Positions 53,272-64,000 of a DNA stretch of 64,000 nt are shown here, piece after piece (within the stretch, counting starts at the first letter, position 1; each line of letters starts with the position of its first letter). Both the position numbers and the translations under genes were made by a program. The notes beneath the pieces were generated by a model, which saw nothing but the letters and a program-made list of their open reading frames with translations, did not search any database and had not been told where the DNA came from. The DNA is from Balanoglossus misakiensis (taxonomy: Eukaryota > Animalia > Hemichordata), in assembly GCA_040954595.2 (NCBI GenBank), contig CM082597.2, positions 9,145,778-9,209,777 of the forward strand, given 5' to 3'.

Positions 53272-56200
53272 CATGATTTTTTTCAAAAATCGACGAAATT
53301 TTGAGATTTTGCAAAGTCGAAAATTTGTCATTTTTTGATGATTTTCACCCGTCTTTTTTCAAAAATCGACGAAATTTTGAGATTTTGCAAAAGAGGAAAA
53401 TTTGTCATTTTTTGATGATTTTCAACAATTTTTTTAAAAAATCGACGAAAATTTGAGATTTTGCAGTAAAAAATTTGTAATTTTTTGATGATTTTCACCC
53501 ATGATTTTTTTCAAAATTGACGAAATTTTGAGATTTTGCAGTCAAAAATTTGTAATTTTTTGATGATTTTCCCCCATGATTTTTTTCAAAAATCGACGAA
53601 ATTTTGAGATTTTGCAAAGTCGAAAATTTGTCATTTTTTGATGATTTTCACCCAATGTTTTTTTTTCAAAAATGGACGAACCCATGATTTTTTTCAAAAT
53701 CGACGAAATTTTGAGATTTTGCAGTCAAAAATTTGTCATTTTTTGATGATTTTCACCCATGATTTTTTTTCACAAATCGACGAAATTTTGAGATTTTGCA
53801 GTCGTAAATTTGTCATTTTTTAATGATTTTCCTCCATGATTTTTTTTCAAAAATCAACAAAATTTTGAGATTTTGCAAAGTCGAAAATTTGTCATTTTTT
53901 GATGATTTTCACCCATGATTTTTTTCAAAAATCGACGAAATTTTGAGATTTTGCAAAGTCAAAAATGTGCCATTTTTTGATGATTTTCACCCATGATTTT
54001 TTTCAAAAATCGACGAAATTTTGAGATTTTGCGAAGTCGAAAATTTGTCATTTTTTGATGATTTTCACCCATGATTTTTTTCAAAAATCGACGAAATGTT
54101 GAGATTTTGCAAAGACGAAAATTTGTCATTTTTTGATGATTTTCACCCATGATTTTTTTTCAAAAATCGACGAAATTTTGAGATTTTGCAAAGTCGAAAA
54201 TGTGTTATTTTTTGATGTTTTTCACCCGTTTTTTTTTCAAAATTTGTCATTTTTTGATGATTTTCACCCATGTTTTTTTTTAAAAAATCGACGAACCTAT
54301 GATTCTTTTCAAAATCGACGAAATTGTGAGATTTTGCAAAGTCAAAAATTTGTCATTTTTTGATGATTTTCACCCATGATTTTTTTCAAAATTGACGAAA
54401 TTTTGAGATTTTGCAGTCAAAAATTTGTAATTTTTTGATGATTTTCCCCCATGATTTTTTTCAAAAATCGACGAAATTTTGAGATTTTGCAAAGTCGAAA
54501 ATTTGTCATTTTTTGATGATTTTCACCCAATGTTTTTTTTTCAAAAATGGACGAACCCATGATTTTTTTCAAAATCGACGAAATTTTGAGATTTTGCAGT
54601 CAAAAATTTGTCATTTTTTGATGATTTTCACCCATGATTTTTTTTCACAAATCGACGAAATTTTGAGATTTTGCAGTCGTAAATTTGTCATTTTTTAATG
54701 ATTTTCCTCCATGATTTTTTTTCAAAAATCAACAAAATTTTGAGATTTTGCAAAGTCGAAAATTTGTCATTTTTTGATGATTTTCACCCATGATTTTTTT
54801 CAAAAATCGACGAAATTTTGAGATTTTGCAAAGTCAAAAATGTGCCATTTTTTGATGATTTTCACCCATGATTTTTTTCAAAAATCGACGAAATTTTGAG
54901 ATTTTGCGAAGTCGAAAATTTGTCATTTTTTGATGATTTTCACCCATGATTTTTTTCAAAAATCGACGAAATGTTGAGATTTTGCAAAGACGAAAATTTG
55001 TCATTTTTTGATGATTTTCACCCATGATTTTTTTTCAAAAATCGACGAAATTTTGAGATTTTGCAAAGTCGAAAATGTGTTATTTTTTGATGTTTTTCAC
55101 CCGTTTTTTTTTCAAAATTTGTCATTTTTTGATGATTTTCACCCATGTTTTTTTTTAAAAAATCGACGAACCTATGATTCTTTTCAAAATCGACGAAATT
55201 GTGAGATTTTGCAAAGTCAAAAATTTGTCATTTTTTGATGATTTTCAGCCATGATTTTTTCAAAAATTGACGAAATTTTGAGATTTTGCAAAGTCGAAAA
55301 TTTGTCATTTTTTGATGATTTTCAACAATGATTTTTTTTCAAAAATCGACGAAATTTTGAGATTTTGCAGTCAAAAATTTGTCATTTTTTGATGATTTTC
55401 AACAATTTTTTTAAAAAATCGACGAAAATTTGAGATTTTGCAGTAAAAAAATTGTCATTTTTTGATGATTTTCACCCATGATTTTTTCAAAATTGGCAAA
55501 ATTTTGAAATTTTGAAAAGTAGAAAATTTGTCATTTTTTGATGATTTTCACCCATGATTTTTTTTCACAAATCGACGAAATTTTGAGATTTTGTAGTCGT
55601 AAATTTGTCATTTTTTGATGATTTTCCCCCATGATTTTTTTCAAAAATCAACGAAATTTTGAGATTTTGCAAAGTCGAAAATTTGTCATTTTTAGATGAT
55701 TTTCACCCGTCTTTTTTCAAAAAATCGACGAAATTTTGAGATTTTGCAAAGTCGAAAATTTGTCATTTTTTGATGATTTTCACCCATGTTTTTTTTTCAA
55801 AAATCGACGAACCCATGATTTTTTTCAAAATCGACGAAATTTTGAGATTTTGCAGTCGAAAATTTGTCATTTTTTGATGATTTTCACCCGTTTTTTTTCA
55901 AAAATCGACGAAATTTTGAGATTTTGCAATGACGAAAATTTGTCATTTTTGATGTTTTTTACTCATGATTTTTTTTCAAAAATGGACGAAATTTTGAGAT
56001 TTTGCAAAGACGAAAATTTTTCATTTTTTGATGATTTTCACCCATTATTTTTTTTCAAAAATCGACGAAATTTTGAGATTTTGCAAAGTCGAAAATTTGT
56101 CATTTTTTGATGATTTTCACCCATGATTTTGTTCAAAAATCGACGAAATTTTGAGATTTTGCAAAGTCGAAAATTTGTCATTTTTTGATGATTTTCACCC

Positions 56201-59131
56201 ATGTTTTTTTTTCAAAAATCGACGAACCCATGATTTTTTTCAAAATCGACGAAATTTTGAGATTTTGCAAAGTCGAAAATTTGTCATTTTTTGATGATTT
56301 TCACCCATGATTTTGTTCAAAAATCGACGAAATTTTGAGATTTTGCAGTCGAAAATTTGTCATTTTTTGATGATTTTCACCCGTTTTTTTTCAAAAATCG
56401 ACGAAATTTTGAGATTTTGCAATGACGAAAATTTGTCATTTTTGATGTTTTTTACTCATGATTTTTTTTCAAAAATGGACGAAATTTTGAGATTTTGCAA
56501 AGACGAAAATTTTTCATTTTTTGATGATTTTCACCCATTATTTTTTTTCAAAAATCGACGAAATTTTGAGATTTTGCAATGTCGAAAATTTGTCATTTTT
56601 TGATGATTTTCACCCATGATTTTGTTCAAAAATCGACGAAATTTTGAGATTTTGCAAAGTCGAAAATTTGTCATTTTTTGATGATTTTCACCCATGATTT
56701 TTTTCAAAAATCGACGAAATTTTGAGATTTTGCAAAGTCGAAAATTTGTCATTTTTTGATGATTTTCACCCATGTTTTTTTTCAAAAATCGACGAACCCA
56801 TGATTTTTTTCAAAATCGACGAAATTTTGAGATTTTGCAAAGTCGAAAATTTGTCATTTTTTGATGATTTTCACCCATGATTTTCTCAAAAATCGACGAA
56901 ATTTTGAGATTTTGCAAAGTCGAAAATTTGTCATTTTTTGATGATTTTCACCCATGATTTTGTTCAAAAATCGACGAAATTTTGAGATTTTGCAAAGTCG
57001 AAAATTTGTCATTTTTTGATGATTTTCACCCATGTTTTTTTTCAAAAATCGACGAACCCATGATTTTTTTCAAAATCGACGAAATTTTGAGATTTTGCAA
57101 AGTCGAAAATTTGTCATTTTTTGATGATTTTCACCCATGATTTTCTCAAAAATCGACGAAATTTTGAGATTTTGCAAAGTCGAAAATTTGTCATTTTTTG
57201 ATGATTTTCACCCATGATTTTGTTCAAAAATCGACGAAATTTTGAGATTTTGCAGTCGTAAATTTGTCATCTTTTGATGATTTTCCCCCATGATTTTTTT
57301 CAAAAATCGACGAACCCATGATTTTTTTCAAAATCGACTAAATTTTGCAAAGTCGAAAATTTGTCATTTTTTGATGACTTCCACCCGTTTTTTTTCAAAA
57401 ATCTACGAAATTTTTTTAGATTTTGCAGTCGTAAATTTGACATTTTTTGATGATTTTCCCCAATGATTTTTTAAGAAAATCGACGAAATTTTGATATTTT
57501 GCAAAGTCGAAAATTTGTCATTTTTGATGTTTTTTACTCATGATTTTTTTTCAAAAATGGACGAAATTTTGAGATTTTGCAAAGACGAAAATTTTTCATT
57601 TTTTGATGATTTTCACCCATGATTTTGTTCAAAAATCGACGAAATTTTGAGATTTTGCAAAGTCGAAAATTTGTCATTTTTTGATGATTTTCACCCATGT
57701 TTTTTTTTCAAAAATCGACGAACCCATGATTTTTTTTCAAAATCGACGAAATTTTGAGTTTTTGCAAAGTCGAAAATTTGTCATTTTTTGATGATTTTCA
57801 CCCATGATTTTGTTCAAAAATCGACGAAATTTTGAGATTTTGCAGTCGAAAATTTGTCATTTTTTGATGATTTTCACCCGTTTTTTTTCAAAAATCGACG
57901 AAATTTTGAGATTTTGCAATGACGAAAATTTGTCATTTTTGATGTTTTTTACTCATGATTTTTTTTCAAAAATGGACGAAATTTTGAGATTTTGCAAAGA
58001 CGAAAATTTTTCATTTTTTGATGATTTTCACCCATTATTTTTTTTCAAAAATCGACGAAATTTTGAGATTTTGCAATGTCGAAAATTTGTCATTTTTTGA
58101 TGATTTTCACCCATGATTTTGTTCAAAAATCGACGAAATTTTGAGATTTTGCAAAGTCGAAAATTTGTCATTTTTTGATGATTTTCACCCATGATTTTTT
58201 TCAAAAATCGACGAAATTTTGAGATTTTGCAAAGTCGAAAATTTGTCATTTTTTGATGATTTTCACCCATGTTTTTTTTCAAAAATCGACGAAATTTTGA
58301 GATTTTGCAAAGTCGAAAATTTGTCATTTTTTGATGATTTTCACCCATGATTTTCTCAAAAATCGACGAAATTTTGAGATTTTGCAAAGTCGAAAATTTG
58401 TCATTTTTTGATGATTTTCACCCATGATTTTGTTCAAAAATCGACGAAATTTTGAGATTTTGCAGTCGTAAATTTGTCATCTTTTGATGATTTTCCCCCA
58501 TGATTTTTTTCAAAAATCGACGAACCCATGATTTTTTTCAAAATCGACTAAATTTTGCAAAGTCGAAAATTTGTCATTTTTTGATGACTTCCACCCGTTT
58601 TTTTTCAAAAATCTACGAAATTTTTTTAGATTTTGCAGTCGTAAATTTGACATTTTTTGATGATTTTCCCCAATGATTTTTTAAGAAAATCGACGAAATT
58701 TTGATATTTTGCAAAGTCGAAAATTTGTCATTTTTTGATGATTTTCACCCGTTTTTTTCAAAAATCTACGAATTTTTTTAGATTTTGCAGTCGTAAATTT
58801 GTCATCTTTTGATGATTTTTACCCATGATTTTTTTTTCAAAAATGGACGAAATTTTGAGATTTTGTAAAGACGAAAATTTGTCATTTTTTTGATGATTTT
58901 CACCCATGATTTTTTTTCAAAAATCGACGAAATTTTGAGATTTTGCAAAGTCGAAAATTTGTCATTTTTTGATGATTTTCACCCATGTTTTTTTTAAAAG
59001 ATCGACGAACCCATGATTTTTTTAAAAATCGACGAAATTTTGAGATTTTGCAAAGTCGAAAATTTGTCATTTTTTGATGATTTTCGCCAATGATTTTTTT
59101 CAAAAATCGACGAAATTTTGAGATTTTGCAA
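53272..59131. repeat. 78-bp A/T-tract satellite, about 75 units
   Basis: Unit CCATGATTTTTTTCAAAAATCGACGAAATTTTGAGATTTTGCAAAGTCGAAAATTTGTCATTTTTTGATGATTTTCAC; period 78. Confidence 0.97.
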
Positions 59132-59234
59132 ATGAATAAATAAAAAATAGCGTCAAGGACACTGTGGTCCCATTTGAGGATTATGCGGAAACAGTGACAC
59201 ACCAGAATAAAAATTACAGGTGACATTGCAAGCA

Positions 59235-59755
59235 GATCTGCAAGCAGCAATAGCGGGCCCAAGCAAACATAGCACATAGCAACATAGCAATAAGCATATC
59301 TATTCTGGATGCCAAGATATGGAAAAGTAGGTCAAAGGTCACCTGAGGTTATGCAAAATTTGGGCAAGAAATTTTGACCATATACTGGTCCATGTTCAAC
59401 AAAAACCAAACCTATAGCTCTATTGGTTAGCCTGGAATTAGGTATGCACATAATTAATGAGATATGCAGGTGTCACAGATGACCCCAAATTTTGGCTTTT
59501 CAATGTTAGTCCCAACCCTCCAAACGCCAAGTCTGTACCTGCTCTGGATGCCAAGATATAGGAAAGTAGGTCAAAGGTCACCTGAGGTCACCCAAAATTT
59601 AGGCAAGAAATTTTGACCCTATACTGGTCCATGTCCCACAAGAACGAAACCTCTAGACCTATTAGTTAGCCCGGAATTAGGTATGCACATAATTAATGTG
59701 TTAAGCAGGTGTTACAGGTGAGCCCAAAATTTTGCCTTTTATTTTGGCCCCATTG
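59235..59755 (-). mobile_element. HINE-like fragment with two about 240-bp internal repeats
   Basis: tctggatgccaagatat..gaaagtaggtcaaaggtcacctgagg at about 59304 and 59543; minus-strand end GCTTGGGCCCGCTATTGCTGCTTGCAG. Confidence 0.6.
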
Positions 59756-60171
59756 TGCTCACTGACCAATAGACAGTCACTGTACAGGACTATTGCACAG
59801 ACCAGAATTCCACAATAAGACGTGGACATAGCTTAACCATAGAGGTATAAGTAAACTTGAGTCTTGAGTCTTTCTTATCTGTATCCATGTCCAAGAAAAT
59901 CCGTAAATATAAATTGACAAAGGGAATTCTCTCTGCATTCCATTGTATGATTCTTTGCACCAAGTGTTGCAATGTTTATCTTCCGGTGTGCCCTCTAACA
60001 AGTGTTATTCCTCAAACCCCAATTTGAGCAATACCTACTGATATGCAGTGAGTACCGCCGTCATTTCGATGTGCGGTAAATGTCTTTTTTTCCAATTCAG
60101 AATTTGACTCTGAACGCTTATTCTCAACCCTAATCACAACTAAGCGTAGAAGGAATCCCTTCATCATCAAT

Positions 60172-61212
60172 ATGGGAGTTTCAGTTGACCAGTGGCGTCA
60201 AAAAATCGGTTGTTTTGTCCAACCTGTGCATGCTGGAAATCGGTTCGGAAGACATATTGGATTACGTAACGGCATACGACATGTAAGCCTTGCTCTACGA
60301 ATTTTAGTACTTCTAAAGCTACTGGTGTGTGGAGATGTAGAGTCAAACCCTGGACCTCAAGTATCAAGTAAAGAAAAACCTGAAGGAGAAAGATGTGTGA
60401 CAAGACAAATGAAGTTGACCGAAACTATGCGCGCAAAGGCAGCGCCCGATGCAAATATTACACGTGGCACTTCATCTGCCGAGTCACCAGCCGAGCCACC
60501 TGTCGACCACACGCAGAAAAGCGACGCTGGCCTAGACGGACTGAAATCCTTCATCAACTCGAAGCTGTCTACATTGCAAGCGTCCATTGAAGACAGATTT
60601 GCCAGGCTAGAAAGAAAAGCGGATAGCGACTCCAGTGAAATTAAAGAAATACTAGGAAATGTGGAAAAACGTCTTGGGGAAGCTGGTCAACGCATAGCTG
60701 AATTAGAAGCAGAGAACAAAGAGCTTCGTAGGAGACTCCAAAAGACAGAAGGGGAACAGGATAGACAAGACGGCCAACTTCGTAGGAAGAATCTAATTTT
60801 CCACGGCATCACACAAGAAGAAGAAAAGGAAAACTGGGCTGAGTCGGAATCCAAAGTTCGCGAGGTAATTTCAGACAAACTTCTTTTGCCGAAAGACATT
60901 GATATAGAGCGAGCCCACAGACTCAAAACTAAATCACGTCCTCAGCCTGTTATAGTGAAATTTACGAAATATAAAGACAGGCAACAAGTTTTACAAGCTG
61001 CGCGGGACAAATTGCGTTCAACAGACTACAGAGTTGCCGAAGACTTTTCACCACGAGTCCGCGAAACCAGGCGTAAGCTCGGCCATTATCTAGCTGAGGC
61101 TAGATCAAATGGTAAAACTGCTTCACTTCGCTATGATAAGCTTGTCATTGAACAGGATATTTTTGTATTTGATTGCGATAGAAATGATATTGCGAAATTA
61201 TCGAAACCATAG
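60172..61212 (+). CDS. LINE ORF1 (L1/Tnp22-type coiled coil + RRM + CTD) with N-terminal 2A-like peptide
   Basis: Heptad coiled coil, RRKNLIFHGI.E, IERAHRL, PQPVIVKF, AEDFS..VR..R; GDVESNPGP at residues 54-62. Confidence 0.93.
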   Translation: MGVSVDQWRQKIGCFVQPVHAGNRFGRHIGLRNGIRHVSLALRILVLLKLLVCGDVESNPGPQVSSKEKPEGERCVTRQMKLTETMRAKAAPDANITRGTSSAESPAEPPVDHTQKSDAGLDGLKSFINSKLSTLQASIEDRFARLERKADSDSSEIKEILGNVEKRLGEAGQRIAELEAENKELRRRLQKTEGEQDRQDGQLRRKNLIFHGITQEEEKENWAESESKVREVISDKLLLPKDIDIERAHRLKTKSRPQPVIVKFTKYKDRQQVLQAARDKLRSTDYRVAEDFSPRVRETRRKLGHYLAEARSNGKTASLRYDKLVIEQDIFVFDCDRNDIAKLSKP

Positions 61213-63738
61213 GATCGTGGCCAAGGCCTTCGCTCTTTTTCCAAGAAAGAATCTGCAGGCGTTATTCATAGTTCTGTTAATTCATATGTAAATGTTTCTT
61301 TTGTTGTCTGGAATGTGAACGGACTCAAGCCCAAATGGGGAAATCTCGAGTTTTTGTCATACCTTAGAAGCTATGATGTAATTTTTCTGACGGAAACTTG
61401 GAATCAGGAAGGTAACGTCTACGAGCTTGATGGTTACCTTAATTTTCATCATTGTCGGCCTAAAAATAAGAAACTTGGCCGTCCGTCTGGTGGAATTAGT
61501 GTCTTCTATAAACCGCAGTGTTTTCAAAATGTCACCTTTTCATGTAGTGATTTATCTGATGATATCGTTTGGTTCTTCTGCCAATCTGGTAGCTTGAAGC
61601 TCTGTTTTTGCATTGTTTACTTCTCACCACATGGTTCTAGCAGTTTCTCTAGTCATTCTTGTTTTCAAATCCTTGAGGATGAGCTTGTAAATTACACAGC
61701 TCATTTTCCAGATTTCAAGTATTTCATCTGTGGTGACTTCAATGCCAGAACGGCTGAAGAGCCAGACGTATTTCAGGAAAGTGAAAAAGAGTCTGATTTT
61801 CATGGTGATTTTTCTTTTCCAAATGAACAACTTCCAATAAGGTTTTCAAACGATAATTGTGTTAATTTCTATGGTAAACAACTTCTAGAGTTTTGTAAAA
61901 GCTCTGGCTTTAGAATTATTAATGGAAGGCTGTATAGAGACAAGGGTATTGGGCATTTCACATGTATCACACATTCAGGAGCCAGTGTTATCGATTATGT
62001 TTTGTCCCAGTTTTGTGATTTCAGTTTATTCAGTGATTTTGCCGTCTGTCAAAGACCAGATTCTGACCACCTTCCAGTGACATTTAATCTTGCTGTTGAA
62101 ATTGCTGTAGATAGAAATTCAAGGGATAATGTCGCTGCAGAAATTCCCAACAGATATTATTGGAATGATAAATATGTAGACACGTTTAACATGTATTGGG
62201 TTGGAGAATCTTATAGAACTTTTCAAGATGTATTTTATAACGCTATTGCTGATGATAATGTTTCTGAAGCAGCTGATATTGTGTTGCTAACGTTAGAAAA
62301 TGCTGCAAGTTGTATGAGATCTTCAAAAAAATCTTCATTTCGCACTTCACATAGAAAAAATGTTTGGTTTGATAAGGAATGTCACCAAATGAAAAGACAG
62401 GTCAACAAAGCTCTGAGTCAGTTCCGCACTTTGAGATCAACAGGTAGTCTGAATTGTTACATCCTGCTTAGAAATACTTACCGTTCTCTTCTAAATATGA
62501 AAAAAAGGTCTCATATCGAGAATCAAAAGTTTAAGCTCGCAATGGCTGCAAAGAACCACAATTCGAAAGCCTTCTGGGATCTTCTCAAAAGTAAAACATG
62601 TGGTCCATCTGAACGTATTCCCCTTGATGATTGGTTTAATTTCTTTTCCAGTTTATTCACAGAGACCCCTACACATGCTTTTTCACCAAGAGATAATGTG
62701 TTTTATAATGAATTGCGTGCATTCTTAGAGAAACTCGATGTAAATACAGATGTTAACTTTGTTGATAGAATTGATATACTTGACAACGAAATCACTATGG
62801 TTGAACTAGAAAATGCGTTCACTCGTTTAAAAACTAACAAGGCACCAGGCATGGACGGAATGTCGCCTGATATTCTTAAACATGCCCCAGAGTCGTTTAA
62901 AGAAATTCTCCTTGTGCTTTGTAACAAAATTTTGGACACTGGTGCATTTCCAAATGATTGGGTTTCAGGACTTATAGTGACACTACATAAGAAAGGTTCA
63001 AGAGAAAATGTAAATAACTATCGGGGAATAACGTTGTTACCAGCTGTTACAAAGATTTTTTGCGATATTGTGTACCGTAGATTGCTCGAATGGGTTGAAC
63101 ACCATTGTCCTCTCGTGGAAGAGCAAGCTGGGTTCAGGAAAGGCTATTGTACCATTGACAACATTTTTATTTTATACACAATCATTTCTCATTACATGTC
63201 ACTCAGTGGAAGACTTTTTTGCGCATTTATTGATTTCGAAAAAGCATTTGATAAGGTCAATCATGCATTGTTATTTTATAAGTTATTCAAAATGGGAATT
63301 CAAGGGAAAATTTTTACCGTTTTACGTTCTATGTACTCCGATGTTAAAGCATGTATTCGTACACCTGTGGGAATAACTGATTTTCTCAGATGTGAACTTG
63401 GCGTCCAGCAGGGCAATATTTTATCACCTCTGCTTTTCACTCTTTTCATCAATGACCTTGGTAAAGCCGTACATCACATCTTTGCAGGAGTTCATATTGC
63501 ATGTACCAAACTTTTTTATTTATTATGCGCCGATGACTTGTCCCTTTTTAGCAGTACACCTATTGGCCTCCAGCGTCTTTTGAATAAGTTGTCTTTGTAC
63601 ACATGTAAATGGAAGCTAAAAGTGAATACGGGTAAATCAAAGATAGTTGTTTTCAGACGTGGGGGGAGGTTAAAATCAGATGAAAATTGGTTTTTAGATG
63701 GTACAAAACTTGAAGTTGTTCCTTTTTACAATTACCTG
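61213..63738 (+). CDS. LINE ORF2 (APE endonuclease + reverse transcriptase), RTE-X/CR1-like, 3'-interrupted
   Basis: Open from directly after the ORF1 TAG; WNVNG, LTETW, GDFNAR, SVIDY, SDHLP, NYRGITL, EQAGFR, FIDFEKAFD, GVQQG, CADD (YADD variant); similarity ends at YNYL near 63738. Confidence 0.92.
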
Positions 63739-63752
63739 AGGCTCATAATACC

Positions 63753-63966
63753 ACATGGGGTGCTCCCTCCATGCTTTTATTGTGTGTGTTTTATTGTGTG
63801 TGCTCAACAAAAAATCCCAACATTAACCCTAACCGTTTAATATACCATAACAACAAACACACGTGACCATATTTGTTTGTTTATTATGCCAATCAATAAC
63901 AACAAACAAAAACACACACAAACATACACACGCACAATAAAATCATAGAGGGAGCGCCCCCTGTGA
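63753..63966. mobile_element. Inverted-repeat-bearing sequence replacing or interrupting the LINE 3' end
   Basis: CACATGGGGTGCTCCCTC / GAGGGAGCGCCCCCTGTG with TG-rich and CA-rich inner arms. Confidence 0.55.
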
Positions 63967-64000
63967 CAATACAGCTTGATCAGATCCTGAATGCAGACTG

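Larger units (their letters stand above)
48648..53272 (+). mobile_element. Host repeat (HINE-like) interrupted by a LINE
   Basis: 5' hairpin GGGGACCAAG...CTTGGTCCCC; similar sub-repeats either side of the LINE (about 49060-49170 and 52445-52555). Confidence 0.5.

Noticed and set aside
53638-59277. Repetitive short ORFs (MGENHQKMTNFRLCKISKFRRFLKKI)
   Set aside because: Translation of the 78-bp satellite, repeatedly frameshifted by homopolymer length changes.
61315-61317. ORF-track GTG start of ORF2
   Set aside because: It is the Val inside the conserved WNVNG endonuclease motif; starting here would remove the first strand and conserved Asn.
63739-63840. ORF2 C-terminus RLIIPHGV...TLTLTV
   Set aside because: Read-through into unrelated sequence; the expected YLG motif and downstream region are absent.

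Overview
AT-rich, repeat-dense eukaryotic DNA. The element types and gene content suggest a marine invertebrate (inference). No bacterial genes, rRNA, tRNA or CRISPR arrays were seen. Main contents: (1) 1-15 kb, a pile of Helentron-associated-like repeats and MITEs; (2) 15.5-26.9 kb, four unrelated tandem arrays, including an 8.4-kb 90/74-bp satellite; (3) 27.7-47.2 kb, minus strand, a multi-exon Uninflatable-like gene (C-type lectin, 3 CUB, 4 Sushi, 2 EGF) carrying two TGA stops at Trp-type positions, an AG>CG acceptor, a frameshift and TE-broken exons, so probably a pseudogene; (4) 49.2-52.4 kb, a truncated LINE split by a TTAA MITE; (5) 53.3-59.1 kb, a 78-bp satellite; (6) 60.2-63.7 kb, a LINE whose ORF1 begins with a 2A-like StopGo peptide and whose ORF2 continues in the same frame after a single TAG, with no ATG before the endonuclease. 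The most unusual signals are this apparent double translational recoding and two long foldback hairpins with unrelated arms but the same strand-specific GA/GA mismatch and GCA-loop architecture. All family assignments are from motif recognition by eye; no searches were run.
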